Positions 35,886 to 46,193 of a DNA stretch of 64,000 nucleotides are shown in pieces. The DNA comes from Clostridium sp. (GTDB lineage: Bacteria > Bacillota > Clostridia > Oscillospirales > Acutalibacteraceae): positions 715 through 64,714 of the forward strand of contig JAMPGU010000008.1 of assembly GCA_023663865.1 (NCBI GenBank). Direction: 5' to 3'. Numbering within the stretch: the stretch's first letter is position 1; every line of letters starts with the position of its first letter. Position numbers and translations under genes: made by a program. The notes beneath the pieces are model-generated. The model was given only the letters and a program-made list of their open reading frames with translations, did no database searches and was not told the DNA's origin.

Positions 35886-36854
35886 ATGGGTATTTTTTCA
35901 ATATTTAAAAAAGGATTAAAGAAAACGCGTGACGAGGGTATTACTGCTCAGATGGATGAGGTAATTGAGTCTTATGATGAGATAACAGATGAGCTTTTTG
36001 ATGAGCTTGAGGAAATTCTCATTATGGGTGATGTGGGTATGCCTACCGCAGAGCGCGTTATCCGCGACCTTAAAGGAAAAATTGAAAATGATAAGATAAA
36101 GGATGTTAAGCAGGTTCGTGAAACCATGAAGGATATTGTTTCCGGTATCGTATGGGGCGGCAGCTATTTAAGGCTTCGCACCAAGCCGTCTATCATACTT
36201 ATGATTGGTGTAAACGGTGTCGGAAAAACAACAACCATCGGCAAGCTTGCTATGCGATTAAAGGAACAAAACAGAAAGGTTATTCTCGGTGCAGCGGATA
36301 CCTTCCGTGCAGCGGCGATTGAGCAGCTGCAGGTATGGGCAGAGAGAGCGGATGTTGATTTAATTAAGCATGCTGAGGGCTCCGACCCTGCCGCAGTCGT
36401 TTATGATACCATTCAGGCCGGTAAGGCAAGGGGTGCAGATGTAATTATTATTGATACTGCCGGACGACTTCACAATAAGAAAAATCTTATGGATGAGCTG
36501 AATAAAATTTCACGCGTTATTGATAGAGAACTTCCTGAGTCTACAAAGGAAATTCTGCTGGTTCTTGATGCTACCACAGGTCAGAATGCAGTAAATCAGG
36601 CAAAGGACTTCAAAGAAGCAGCAGGCATTACAGGTATTGTTCTTACAAAGCTGGACGGTACAGCTAAGGGCGGTGTCGTTCTTGCTATCAACAATGAGCT
36701 TGATGTTCCTGTAAAATTTGTAGGTGTCGGCGAAAAAATTGAGGATTTACAGCCCTTTGATGCAGATGCATTTGCTGCCGGTCTGTTTGATGCAAATGTA
36801 CCTGAGGATGACGAGGACATTACTGATTTTATTACGAATGATAAAAAGGATTAA
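35886..36854 (+). CDS. ftsY: signal recognition particle-docking protein FtsY
   Basis: GTPase motifs [15 protein letters not shown] and [10 protein letters not shown]. Confidence 0.95.
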   Translation: MGIFSIFKKGLKKTRDEGITAQMDEVIESYDEITDELFDELEEILIMGDVGMPTAERVIRDLKGKIENDKIKDVKQVRETMKDIVSGIVWGGSYLRLRTKPSIILMIGVNGVGKTTTIGKLAMRLKEQNRKVILGAADTFRAAAIEQLQVWAERADVDLIKHAEGSDPAAVVYDTIQAGKARGADVIIIDTAGRLHNKKNLMDELNKISRVIDRELPESTKEILLVLDATTGQNAVNQAKDFKEAAGITGIVLTKLDGTAKGGVVLAINNELDVPVKFVGVGEKIEDLQPFDADAFAAGLFDANVPEDDEDITDFITNDKKD

Positions 36855-36865
36855 GAGGAACGGTT

Positions 36866-37453
36866 ATGGATTTTATTCTTGCAACAAATAATATGAAAAA
36901 GCTTGCTGAAATGCAGCGTATTTTATCTCCTCTCGGTATAAATGTTGTTACAGCCAAGATGCTGGGCATAACACTGGAGGAGGTTGAAGAGGATGGAGAT
37001 ACCTTTGAGGCGAATGCAAAGATAAAGGCGCAGGCTGCTTGTGCGGCAACAAATATGCCGGCTATAGCAGATGATTCCGGTCTTTGTGTAGATTATCTTG
37101 ATGGAGCTCCGGGAATATTTTCAGCCCGCTTTGGCGGTGACCACGGCAATGACGAGCTGAACAATGATTTGCTTTTAGAGAAGCTTGAAGGTGTTCCTAT
37201 GGAACAGCGCACGGCATATTATGTATGTGCAATCTGCTGTGAATTTCCTGACGGAAAAGAAATTATTGTCCGCGGTGAATGTCATGGCCATATCGGATTT
37301 GAACGTGACGGTAATGAGGGCTTTGGTTATGATCCTTTGTTTTTAATAAACGGTAAAGCCTTTGGTCGTTATACGGCTGAGGAAAAGGACAAAATCAGTC
37401 ATAGAGGGAATGCCCTCAGATTATTAACGAAAGAACTGGAGAAAATAATATGA
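36866..37453 (+). CDS. rdgB: XTP/dITP diphosphatase (RdgB/HAM1 family)
   Basis: Motifs ILATNNMKKLAEM, DDSGLCVD and GFGYDPLF. Confidence 0.9.
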   Translation: MDFILATNNMKKLAEMQRILSPLGINVVTAKMLGITLEEVEEDGDTFEANAKIKAQAACAATNMPAIADDSGLCVDYLDGAPGIFSARFGGDHGNDELNNDLLLEKLEGVPMEQRTAYYVCAICCEFPDGKEIIVRGECHGHIGFERDGNEGFGYDPLFLINGKAFGRYTAEEKDKISHRGNALRLLTKELEKII

Positions 37454-37878
37454 CATCTAAAGAAAGAGCGCAGTGGAGAGCAAAGGCAAATGGTCTTGAA
37501 CCGATTATTCAGATTGGCAAAGAGGGAATAAGCGATAATCTGATTACACAGATTGATGATACCCTTGACGCCAGAGAGCTGATTAAAATTCGTGTTCATC
37601 TTGAAACCGCACCAATGACACCGAAAGAGCTGGCACAGGAGCTGGCAGCTGCTTTAAATGCAGAGGTTATTCAGGTAATCGGCGGTGTAATTGTTATTTA
37701 TCGTGAGGCGGACGAGGAGTGTATTGCAGAAAAAAAGAAAAAGCGCGGTTCAGGTAACGCAAAGGCCACAGCTAAGAAAAAGGTTAAGATTAAGGGCATG
37801 CGTCAGCGCCAGAGAGAAAAGGAAGAAAAAAATCCTTATGCTATTTATGACCGCCCAAAATATCGTGGTAATAAATAA
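37450..37878 (+). CDS. yhbY: YhbY-family (CRM domain) RNA-binding ribosome-assembly protein with a Lys-rich C-terminal tail
   Basis: Motifs LTSKERAQWRAKANGLEPIIQIGKEGIS and ELIKIRV. ATGA overlap. Synteny with nadD-yqeK-rsfS. Confidence 0.8.
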   Translation: MTSKERAQWRAKANGLEPIIQIGKEGISDNLITQIDDTLDARELIKIRVHLETAPMTPKELAQELAAALNAEVIQVIGGVIVIYREADEECIAEKKKKRGSGNAKATAKKKVKIKGMRQRQREKEEKNPYAIYDRPKYRGNK

Positions 37879-38498
37879 TGAGAATAGGAATTTTCGGCGG
37901 TGCTTTCAACCCGGTTCATAACGGGCATTTGTTTTTACTTGCTTATTTGTCAAAGGCGAGTTTGATAGATAAACTGATTTTGATACCAACAGCAAATCCG
38001 CCTCATAAGACGAATGAAAATTTTGCATCGGCTGAGGATAGGTTTAATATGCTTTCTTTAGCCGTGAAAAATAATCTGGATTGGGATATTGCAGAAAAAA
38101 TAGAAATCTCTGATATTGAATTTAAACTGGAAGGCAAAAGCTATACTTATAATACCTTGTGCAAAATGAAGGAGTTATATCCGAAGGATGATTTGTTTTT
38201 GTTTATGGGTTCTGATCAACTGCTTTATTTTAAAAATTGGTACAGATATAAGGATATACTGAATTTGGCAAGTGTAATGACTATTGCCCGTCAGGAAAAT
38301 GAGCAGGCGGAGCTGAAAGATTTTTTGGCAGAAAATCAGGAAGAATTTCATAACAGCATTGGTATTCTGCTTACAAAACCGATAGTTGTTTCATCGACTG
38401 ATATTCGTAATAGAATTAAGAACAAAGAAAGCATTGCTGACCTTGTACCCAAAGAGGTTGAAAAATATATATTGGAAAAGGGACTTTATGGTGTATAA
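37878..38498 (+). CDS. nadD: nicotinate-nucleotide adenylyltransferase
   Basis: Motifs GIFGGAFNPVHNGH and ISSTDIR-like VSSTDIRNRI. Confidence 0.9.
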   Translation: MRIGIFGGAFNPVHNGHLFLLAYLSKASLIDKLILIPTANPPHKTNENFASAEDRFNMLSLAVKNNLDWDIAEKIEISDIEFKLEGKSYTYNTLCKMKELYPKDDLFLFMGSDQLLYFKNWYRYKDILNLASVMTIARQENEQAELKDFLAENQEEFHNSIGILLTKPIVVSSTDIRNRIKNKESIADLVPKEVEKYILEKGLYGV

Positions 38499-39069
38499 TA
38501 TTGATGAATACAAGGCTTTAATCAGAGAGCGTCTCAGTGATTACCGCTATCATCATTCGCTTTGCGTGGCGGAAAGTGCAGTGGCACTGGCTAAGCGCTA
38601 CGGTGCAGATGTGCAAAAGGCTGAGGTTGCAGGGCTTCTTCACGATGTCTGCAAGGAGGCAGGCAGAGAAGAGCAGCTGCGTGTTATTCAAGAGGCTGGA
38701 TATTCTATGACGGAGCTGGAGCTTAACGGTAAGAAGTTTTATCATCAGATTTCAGGTGCTGCTTATTGTAAAACAGAACTGGGCATTGATGATAATGAAA
38801 TCTTAAATGCAATACGATATCACACGACCGGCAGAGCTAATATGAGCCTGATGGAGGAGATTGTCTATTTGGCTGATTTTATTTCTGCGGACAGAGATTA
38901 TAAGGATATTGACGTCATAAGAGCAGAGAGCGAAAAGGGCAAGGAATACGGAATGCTGTATGCGACTGCATACACAATTAGGTCAGTTGTAAAAAAGAAC
39001 AAGCCTCTTCATCCCGATACGGTAAATGCATACAATTGGCTGCTGACAGCTTATTTTAATAACAGATAA
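38488..39069 (+). CDS. yqeK: HD-domain bis(5'-nucleosyl)-tetraphosphatase YqeK
   Basis: Start moved to the ATG at 38488 (11-nt overlap with nadD). HD motif GLLHDVCK and RYHTTGR. Confidence 0.85.
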   Translation: MVYNIDEYKALIRERLSDYRYHHSLCVAESAVALAKRYGADVQKAEVAGLLHDVCKEAGREEQLRVIQEAGYSMTELELNGKKFYHQISGAAYCKTELGIDDNEILNAIRYHTTGRANMSLMEEIVYLADFISADRDYKDIDVIRAESEKGKEYGMLYATAYTIRSVVKKNKPLHPDTVNAYNWLLTAYFNNR

Positions 39070-39092
39070 TTTATTTAAAGGATTGTGAATAT

Positions 39093-39446
39093 ATGAATGC
39101 AGAGAATATTTTAAAAACTGCGGTCAAGGCAATTGACAGCAAAAAGGGTGAAAATATTGAGGTCATCGGTGTAACGGATTTAACCATACTCGCCGATTAT
39201 TTTGTTATTGCCACCGGAACAAGTACAACGCAGGTTAAGGCACTTGCTGAGGAGGTTGAATATAAGCTTTCTTTAGAGGGTGTAGCTCCTCATCATATTG
39301 AGGGTGAAAAAACACCATGGGTTTGCCTTGATTATAATTCAGTTGTTGTCCATATCTTCTACAAGGACCAGAGAGATTTTTATCAGCTTGAGCGTCTTTG
39401 GGAGGATGGAGAAAAAATAGATATTACAAATTATTTGGAGGATTAA
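39093..39446 (+). CDS. rsfS: ribosome silencing factor RsfS
   Basis: 117 aa. Motifs ADYFVIATGTSTTQVKA and WVCLDYNSVVVHIF..RDFYQLERLW. Confidence 0.9.
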   Translation: MNAENILKTAVKAIDSKKGENIEVIGVTDLTILADYFVIATGTSTTQVKALAEEVEYKLSLEGVAPHHIEGEKTPWVCLDYNSVVVHIFYKDQRDFYQLERLWEDGEKIDITNYLED

Positions 39447-39452
39447 CATATT

Positions 39453-41861
39453 ATGGATTACAATTTTAAAAAGATTGAAACAAAGTGGCAGAATGTATGG
39501 TATACCCAAAATACATTTGCTGCAAAGCAGGATTATACCCTGCCTAAATTCTATTGCTTGGTAGAATTCCCTTATCCGTCAGGACAGGGTCTTCACGTAG
39601 GACACCCTCGTTCTTATACTGCACTTGATATAGTAGCACGTAAAAAGAGACTTGAGGGTTACAATGTTCTTTATCCAATGGGCTGGGATGCCTTCGGACT
39701 TCCTACCGAGAACTTTGCAATTAAAAATCATATTCATCCAAAAGAGGTTACAAAGAACAATGTAGCACATTTCAAATCACAGCTGCAGTCCTTAGGCTTC
39801 TCCTTTGACTGGACACGTGAAATTAACACAACAGACCCATCCTATTATAAATGGACTCAGTGGATTTTCCTGCAGTTATTCAAAAAGGGTCTGGCTTATA
39901 AAAAAGAAACGGCTGTAAACTGGTGTACCTCTTGTAAATGCGTGCTTGCAAATGAAGAGGTTGTAAACGGTGTTTGTGAACGCTGCGGCAGCGAGGTTGT
40001 AAGAAAAAATCAGAGCCAGTGGATGCTTAAAATTACAGAGTATGCTGAAAGACTGGTTAATGACCTGGATGACCTTAACTTCATTGAGCGTGTAAAGGTG
40101 CAGCAAAAGAACTGGATAGGTCGCTCTACAGGTGCAGAGGTTGATTTCGGTACAACTGCCGGTGATATCTTAACGGTTTATACAACACGTCCTGATACCC
40201 TTTTCGGTGCAACCTATATGGTTATTTCTCCTGAGCATCCATACATTGAAAAGTGGGCTGACAAGCTGGCTAATCTTGATGAGGTGCGTGCTTATCAGCA
40301 GGAGGCTGCACGTAAATCTGACTTTGAGCGTACGGAGCTGAATAAGGATAAGACCGGTGTTAAACTTGAGGGCGTAATGGGTATTAATCCTGTTAATGAT
40401 ACAGAAATACCTATATTTATTTCAGACTATGTACTTACTTCATATGGTACAGGTGCAATTATGGCTGTACCTGCGCATGATACACGTGACTGGGAGTTTG
40501 CAAAGAAATTTGATTTGCCTATTATCGAGGTTGTTGCAGGCTCAAAGGTAGGTGTTGAAAATGAAGCCTTCACCGATTGCTACACAGGTAAGCTTGTGAA
40601 TTCCTCATTCCTGACAGGTATGACTGTTGAGGAAGCAAAGGAAGCTATTATTGAATGGCTTACAAAAGAAGGCAAGGGTCATCAAAAGGTTAACTTTAAG
40701 CTTCGTGACTGGGTTTTCTCCCGTCAAAGATATTGGGGTGAGCCAATTCCGATTGTTAAATGTGAGGACTGCGGCTTTGTTCCTGTTCCTGAAAGTGAGC
40801 TTCCGTTAAAGCTGCCTGAGGTTGACAGCTATGAGCCTACAGACACCGGTGAATCACCATTGGCTAAAATGACAGACTGGGTAAATACCACTTGCCCTTG
40901 CTGCGGAAAGCCGGCTAAGAGAGAGACGGATACCATGCCGCAGTGGGCAGGCTCTTCCTGGTACTTTTTAAGATATATGGATCCTCATAACGATAATGCT
41001 CTTGTTTCACCTGAGGCAGTTCAGTACTGGGGTCCTGTTGATTGGTACAACGGCGGTATGGAGCATACCACACTTCATCTGCTTTATTCACGCTTCTGGC
41101 ACAAATTTTTATATGATATCGGCGTTGTTCCTACGAAGGAGCCTTATGCAAAGCGTACCTCTCACGGTATGATTTTGGGTGAGAACGGCGAAAAGATGTC
41201 TAAGTCCAGAGGTAATGTTGTTAATCCTGACGAGATTGTTGACCAGTATGGTGCAGACACAATGCGTCTGTATGAGATGTTCATTGGTGATTTTGAAAAA
41301 GCTGCACCTTGGAACAGTGATTCTATCAAGGGCTGTAAGAGATTTATAGAGCGTTTCTGGAATCTTCAGGATATTGTAAAAGACGGTGACGAGTATTCAC
41401 AGGAGCTGGAAGCCCTGATGCATAAAACCATTAAGAAGGTTACAGAGGATATTGATAATCTGAAGTGCAATACAGCCATTGCTGCTATGATGACCCTCGT
41501 AAATGAAGTACAGTCAAAGGGTATTAACAAAGCTGAGCTGAAAACACTGACAATCCTGCTTAACCCATTTGCACCTCACGTTACCGAGGAAATGTGGGAG
41601 GTAATGGACTTCGGCGGAATGGTAAATGAAGCAAAGTGGCCAACCTATGATGAAGAAAAGACAAAGGAAAATTCTGTAGAAATCGTACTTCAGATAATGG
41701 GTAAGGTTCGTTCAAGAATTACAGTTCCTGTTGATATTACAAAGGAAGATGCAATTGCACTTGCGAAAAAGGATGCACGTATTGCTGAGGCTATTGCTGG
41801 TAAAGAGATTAAGAAGGAAATCTATGTACCGGGCAAGCTGGTTAATATTGTTGCAGTATAA
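39453..41861 (+). CDS. leuS: leucine--tRNA ligase
   Basis: HIGH region [12 protein letters not shown] and KMSKS (EKMSKSRGN). 802 aa. Confidence 0.95.
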   Translation: MDYNFKKIETKWQNVWYTQNTFAAKQDYTLPKFYCLVEFPYPSGQGLHVGHPRSYTALDIVARKKRLEGYNVLYPMGWDAFGLPTENFAIKNHIHPKEVTKNNVAHFKSQLQSLGFSFDWTREINTTDPSYYKWTQWIFLQLFKKGLAYKKETAVNWCTSCKCVLANEEVVNGVCERCGSEVVRKNQSQWMLKITEYAERLVNDLDDLNFIERVKVQQKNWIGRSTGAEVDFGTTAGDILTVYTTRPDTLFGATYMVISPEHPYIEKWADKLANLDEVRAYQQEAARKSDFERTELNKDKTGVKLEGVMGINPVNDTEIPIFISDYVLTSYGTGAIMAVPAHDTRDWEFAKKFDLPIIEVVAGSKVGVENEAFTDCYTGKLVNSSFLTGMTVEEAKEAIIEWLTKEGKGHQKVNFKLRDWVFSRQRYWGEPIPIVKCEDCGFVPVPESELPLKLPEVDSYEPTDTGESPLAKMTDWVNTTCPCCGKPAKRETDTMPQWAGSSWYFLRYMDPHNDNALVSPEAVQYWGPVDWYNGGMEHTTLHLLYSRFWHKFLYDIGVVPTKEPYAKRTSHGMILGENGEKMSKSRGNVVNPDEIVDQYGADTMRLYEMFIGDFEKAAPWNSDSIKGCKRFIERFWNLQDIVKDGDEYSQELEALMHKTIKKVTEDIDNLKCNTAIAAMMTLVNEVQSKGINKAELKTLTILLNPFAPHVTEEMWEVMDFGGMVNEAKWPTYDEEKTKENSVEIVLQIMGKVRSRITVPVDITKEDAIALAKKDARIAEAIAGKEIKKEIYVPGKLVNIVAV

Positions 41862-41874
41862 TTAACAGATAAAG

Positions 41875-41920
41875 AAAACCACGAGCATTATGTGTTACAC
41901 ATAATGTCCGTGGTTTTTAT
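41875..41920. terminator. long bidirectional terminator hairpin between leuS and the AraC gene
   Basis: AAAACCACG...CGUGGUUUU (41875-41917) with an inner helix GCAUUAUGUG-UUA-CACAUAAUG, followed by a U-run. Confidence 0.65.
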
Positions 41921-41932
41921 TCATTGCCTATG

Positions 41933-42769
41933 CTATTTTATCTGCTCCATATATGCCTTTGGGGTGATTTTATATTTTTGCTTGAATGCGGTTATAAATG
42001 CAGATGAGGAGGTATAACCGCACCGTGCAGAGCATTCCTCAACAGATATATTTTTTTGGTCAAGCAGTGTGGCTGCCATTGCCATTTTCGCGTCATATCT
42101 CAGCTTTTTAAAGGAAGCGCCATAGTATTCTTTAATGATGCGTTCAGCCTGCCTGGGGCATACGCCCATTTTTTTTGCAAAATCATCCAGTGTAACATTA
42201 CTGCAATCCTCTCGCAGCAGCTCGTCCAGTATCCAGGAGCGGTTTTCATTAAGGTCGGTAGATGCTGCATTTTGTGTGGCTTTACTATTGTCGGGAAAAT
42301 ATAATCTAGATATTTCTCCGATTAGCTTTATGGATAAGGCAGATAGAATATCCTCCTTCCATAATCCGCCGTTTTCATTTTCATCAATCATTTGCCTGAA
42401 CAGCCGTCGGATTTCAGCAGTGCTTTTTCCTATCCAAAAATCACAGGATGCAAAGGAGCTGATAAGACTGCTGTTCTTTTTTGAATTCGAGAGCTTGAAA
42501 TATACACAAAGCTCGTGCATCGGTGTGTCCTTGTCAGGTGTTTGCTTGTGGGGAACATTAGGTCCTGTGATAAAAAGTGTATTTTTTGTCAGGCTGTATT
42601 TTTTGTCACCCGTGTCCAAAATTCCTTTTCCGTAATCAATCAGATGAATTTCATAGCCGTTTTTCGGATGGGAGTGCATAGGTATAATCTCCGTCAAATC
42701 ACCTGAAAATATTTTGAATATCTGTATTTTGCTTTCGTTATGTAAAAATGTAATTGCCACAATATTCAC
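41933..42769 (-). CDS. AraC-family transcriptional regulator (cupin sensor + HTH)
   Basis: N-terminal cupin-like MHSHPKNGYEIHLI. C-terminal AraC HTH: GYTSSSAFITAFKQKYKITPKAY. Confidence 0.85.
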   Translation of the reverse strand: MNIVAITFLHNESKIQIFKIFSGDLTEIIPMHSHPKNGYEIHLIDYGKGILDTGDKKYSLTKNTLFITGPNVPHKQTPDKDTPMHELCVYFKLSNSKKNSSLISSFASCDFWIGKSTAEIRRLFRQMIDENENGGLWKEDILSALSIKLIGEISRLYFPDNSKATQNAASTDLNENRSWILDELLREDCSNVTLDDFAKKMGVCPRQAERIIKEYYGASFKKLRYDAKMAMAATLLDQKNISVEECSARCGYTSSSAFITAFKQKYKITPKAYMEQIK

Positions 42770-42985
42770 CTCAGTATTGGTATATTTTTATTGTAGCTGT
42801 TTTTATAAGCCTTTTCAAGAAAATGTTTATATAAAACGACAAAAATAAAAAAATATTGTCGGTTAAATGTCTTTTAATCACAAGTCAAAAGCATTATACT
42901 GAATGAGACAAGAGTTAAGCGTATATTCCGTGCTTAACTCGGCTGTAAGAAAATTTTGATTATACAATAGGTTGGGAGAATTGTT

Positions 42986-45900
42986 ATGCCAAAGAAAAAG
43001 ATTTATACCGTTGCAACATCACATCTTGATACAATTTGGTCTTGGGATTTTGAAACAACTGTCAGCAAGTATATTTATGACACATTGGTGGATAATATTG
43101 CACTGTTTAAAAAGTATCCTACATACACCTTTTCCTTTGAGGGCTCCTATCGTTATGAGCTGATGGAGGAATATTATCCTGAGCTGTTTGAGGAAATGAA
43201 GAAGTATATTGATGAGGGTCGCTGGAATGTATGCGGTTCTGCCTTTGAGAATGGTGATACAAACTGTCCGTCACCTGAGGCACTGTTCAGAAATATACTT
43301 ATCGGTAACAGCTATTTTGCAGAAAAATTCGGCAAAAGATCTGTTGATATTTATTTGCCTGACTGCTTTGGCTTTGGCTGGGCGCTGCCGAGCATTGCAC
43401 ACCATTCCAATCTGAAAGGCTTCACAACACAGAAACTGGCATGGGGCAGTGCCTATGGTATACCCTTTGATATCGGTAAATGGTATGGTGTTGACGGCAA
43501 TTATATTTATGCCAGCTGTAATCCCCACGATTATTACTTTACATTAACGAGACTTCGCGACTGGGATTTTGTACAGAACAAGTTCAAGGAAAATGAGAAG
43601 TATGGACTGGACTGGACCTATATGTTCCACGGTATTGGTGACCGAGGCGGTGCGCCTGAGGAGAAAACCGTGAAGTTCGTAGAAGACGAAATCAAAAAGA
43701 ATGCTGAAAGTGATATTGAGGTTGTTGCTGCATCTGCAGATCAGATTTATCACGATATTGATAATAAGCTTCCTCAGGAGGTCAGAGATAATCTGCCTGC
43801 GTGGAAAACCGAGCTTGTTATGCAAAATCATGGCGTTGGCGGTTATACCTCACGTGCTATAGGCAAACGCTGGAATGCGAAGTGTCAGGAGCTTGGCGAT
43901 ATGGCAGAGCGTGCCGGGGTTATGGCATCCTATCTGGGTGTTGCCGATTATAACGAGCCTGTGCTTGAAAAGGCGTGGAAGCGTGCTATAGCTCATCAGT
44001 TCCACGATGATACACCGGGTACATCTGTACAGCGTGCATATAAGCGTTCATGGAATGATTATGCAATGTCGATAAATCAGTTCAGCGGTGAGCTTGAAGC
44101 TTCATTGTCAGGCATTACAAGTCTTATGAAATCCGATTTCTGCACAGGAATACCGGTAATGGTTTCTAACTCTCTTGAAAATGACAGAAGAGATGTTGTT
44201 AAAGCTGTGCTTCCTCATATCAGCACGCCTTATGTCCGTGTCTATGATGACAAGGGCAAAGAGGTTAAAAGCCAGTGTTATTATAATGAAGCCGACAGCA
44301 CAATGGAGGTTCTGTTTGCTTGTGAGGTAAAGTCTCTCGGTGTTCGTGTTTATGATGTCAGACAGAGCAGTGAGCCATGCAGACTTCATAGTGCGCTTGA
44401 GATTGACGGAGACACAATGTCAAACCAAAAGTATATTGTCAGACTGAATAAAAATGGTGACATTCAGTCTATTATTGATAAAGAGGATGATGACAGAGAG
44501 CTGCTCTCCAAGCCGATTGTGTTAGGTCAGTTCAACTATACAGGCTCAAAGGAATGGCCGGCATGGGAAATGAATTATAAAGAGGCAAATAAAGACCCGG
44601 ACAGAATTCCTGCCTGCGCTACAATTTCTATTATTGAAAAGGGACCAGTGCGCGTATCCTTTGAAGTTATTCAGCTTGATAAAAAATCAGATTTCCGTAA
44701 AATCATTTCCTTAACCGACGGCGGCAAAAGGGTAGAGGTATATAATGAAATTGAGTGGCAGTCTATGCGGACTATGTGTAAGGATATTTTCTCGCTGACA
44801 GCAAAAAATGAGAAAGCCGTTTTCGACTTGGGACTGGGTGCAATTGAGAGAGAAAATATGAGCGAAAAGCTCTTTGAGGTTCCGGCTCAGAAATGGGCGG
44901 ATATTACGGATAAGAGCGGTGAATTCGGTGTTTCCATTCTCAGTGAATGTAAGCATGGCTGGGATAAATTCAATGATAATACGCTTCGTCTGACAGCCAT
45001 TCACACACCAAAGAGAAATTATCGTATAGATTCCATGCAGTCTATGATGGATTTGGGTCTGAATATATATTCCTATGCGATATTCAGCCATAAGGGTAAG
45101 GTTGGCACAGCTACCCAGCAGGAGGCGAAAAAGTTTATCCAGCCTCTTGTTGCGGTTGTGCTTGATAAGCATCAGGGCAGGCTTGGCACCGGCTATTCCT
45201 TTGGCGGCGGCAGCACGGAGGATGTTATTGTAAGAGCCGTTAAGCTCCCGCATCATAATGTGAACAGCGGTGAAATTATTGTCCGTTTTAACGAGGGTGC
45301 AAATAAAGCAATTGATAAGTATACATTTACCCTTGGTGAGGGTGTAGAAAGTGCGAGAGAACTTTATGCCAGCGAAGAATTTATTGCAGATGCAGTTGTT
45401 GAAAACGGAAAGCTGGTAACATCCTTCAAGCCATATGAGGTCAAAACCTTTGCTCTTACATTAAAGCCTTCTTCAATTGTTGGAAGCAAGGCTGAAAGTG
45501 TTCCGGTTGAGCTTGAATATGATGATACGAATACGCATATTCCTGACAGGCTTCTTCCAAGCGAAATAAATTCAAATGGTGTTAAGTTTGAAATTTGTAA
45601 AAATGCTTTTATGACCTGCTCAGGTCAGACCATTCATGTTAAGCAGGGCAATAAGCTTAAACTTCTTATGACTTCACTTTTGGATGATGATATTGAAGAA
45701 AAATTTATTGTTGACGGACAAGAAAAATATGTTAAGATAAATTCTGTTGATACGCCTTTTGCGCAGTGGGATTTATATGATTTCTATGAAACTGCATATG
45801 TAAAGAAAGGTCATCTTGGATATGAGTTTACACACAGCGTTGACGATAATGGCAATACAAGATATGCAAAAGGCTTATATTTCTGGGTTGTTACTTTTGA

Positions 45901-46192
45901 CGGTACTGTTCAGCTTCCGAATCATCCTGATCTTGTTATACTTTCGGCAGCAGAGATTAATTCGGCGGATGCATCTCTTGTAACACCTCTTATGGATGAA
46001 GTTCAAAAGCGTGAATTTACATTTAAAATGAATCTTAAAGAAAAGCTTTGGTATCTCCATTCAAAGTGCGTATGGATGCTGAATGATAAGGATAATTTCC
46101 TGACCCATTGGAATAACGGCAGAAACGGCAGAAGAGTTGAGCAGTCAAAGAAAAATGTTAAATCAAGAACCTTCGAATCAGTGGGGCATTAA
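42986..46192 (+). CDS. glycoside hydrolase family 38 alpha-mannosidase
   Basis: N-terminus ATSHLDTIWSWDFETT. 1068 aa, typical of cytoplasmic bacterial GH38. No signal peptide. Confidence 0.8.
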   Translation: MPKKKIYTVATSHLDTIWSWDFETTVSKYIYDTLVDNIALFKKYPTYTFSFEGSYRYELMEEYYPELFEEMKKYIDEGRWNVCGSAFENGDTNCPSPEALFRNILIGNSYFAEKFGKRSVDIYLPDCFGFGWALPSIAHHSNLKGFTTQKLAWGSAYGIPFDIGKWYGVDGNYIYASCNPHDYYFTLTRLRDWDFVQNKFKENEKYGLDWTYMFHGIGDRGGAPEEKTVKFVEDEIKKNAESDIEVVAASADQIYHDIDNKLPQEVRDNLPAWKTELVMQNHGVGGYTSRAIGKRWNAKCQELGDMAERAGVMASYLGVADYNEPVLEKAWKRAIAHQFHDDTPGTSVQRAYKRSWNDYAMSINQFSGELEASLSGITSLMKSDFCTGIPVMVSNSLENDRRDVVKAVLPHISTPYVRVYDDKGKEVKSQCYYNEADSTMEVLFACEVKSLGVRVYDVRQSSEPCRLHSALEIDGDTMSNQKYIVRLNKNGDIQSIIDKEDDDRELLSKPIVLGQFNYTGSKEWPAWEMNYKEANKDPDRIPACATISIIEKGPVRVSFEVIQLDKKSDFRKIISLTDGGKRVEVYNEIEWQSMRTMCKDIFSLTAKNEKAVFDLGLGAIERENMSEKLFEVPAQKWADITDKSGEFGVSILSECKHGWDKFNDNTLRLTAIHTPKRNYRIDSMQSMMDLGLNIYSYAIFSHKGKVGTATQQEAKKFIQPLVAVVLDKHQGRLGTGYSFGGGSTEDVIVRAVKLPHHNVNSGEIIVRFNEGANKAIDKYTFTLGEGVESARELYASEEFIADAVVENGKLVTSFKPYEVKTFALTLKPSSIVGSKAESVPVELEYDDTNTHIPDRLLPSEINSNGVKFEICKNAFMTCSGQTIHVKQGNKLKLLMTSLLDDDIEEKFIVDGQEKYVKINSVDTPFAQWDLYDFYETAYVKKGHLGYEFTHSVDDNGNTRYAKGLYFWVVTFDGTVQLPNHPDLVILSAAEINSADASLVTPLMDEVQKREFTFKMNLKEKLWYLHSKCVWMLNDKDNFLTHWNNGRNGRRVEQSKKNVKSRTFESVGH

Positions 46193-46193
46193 T

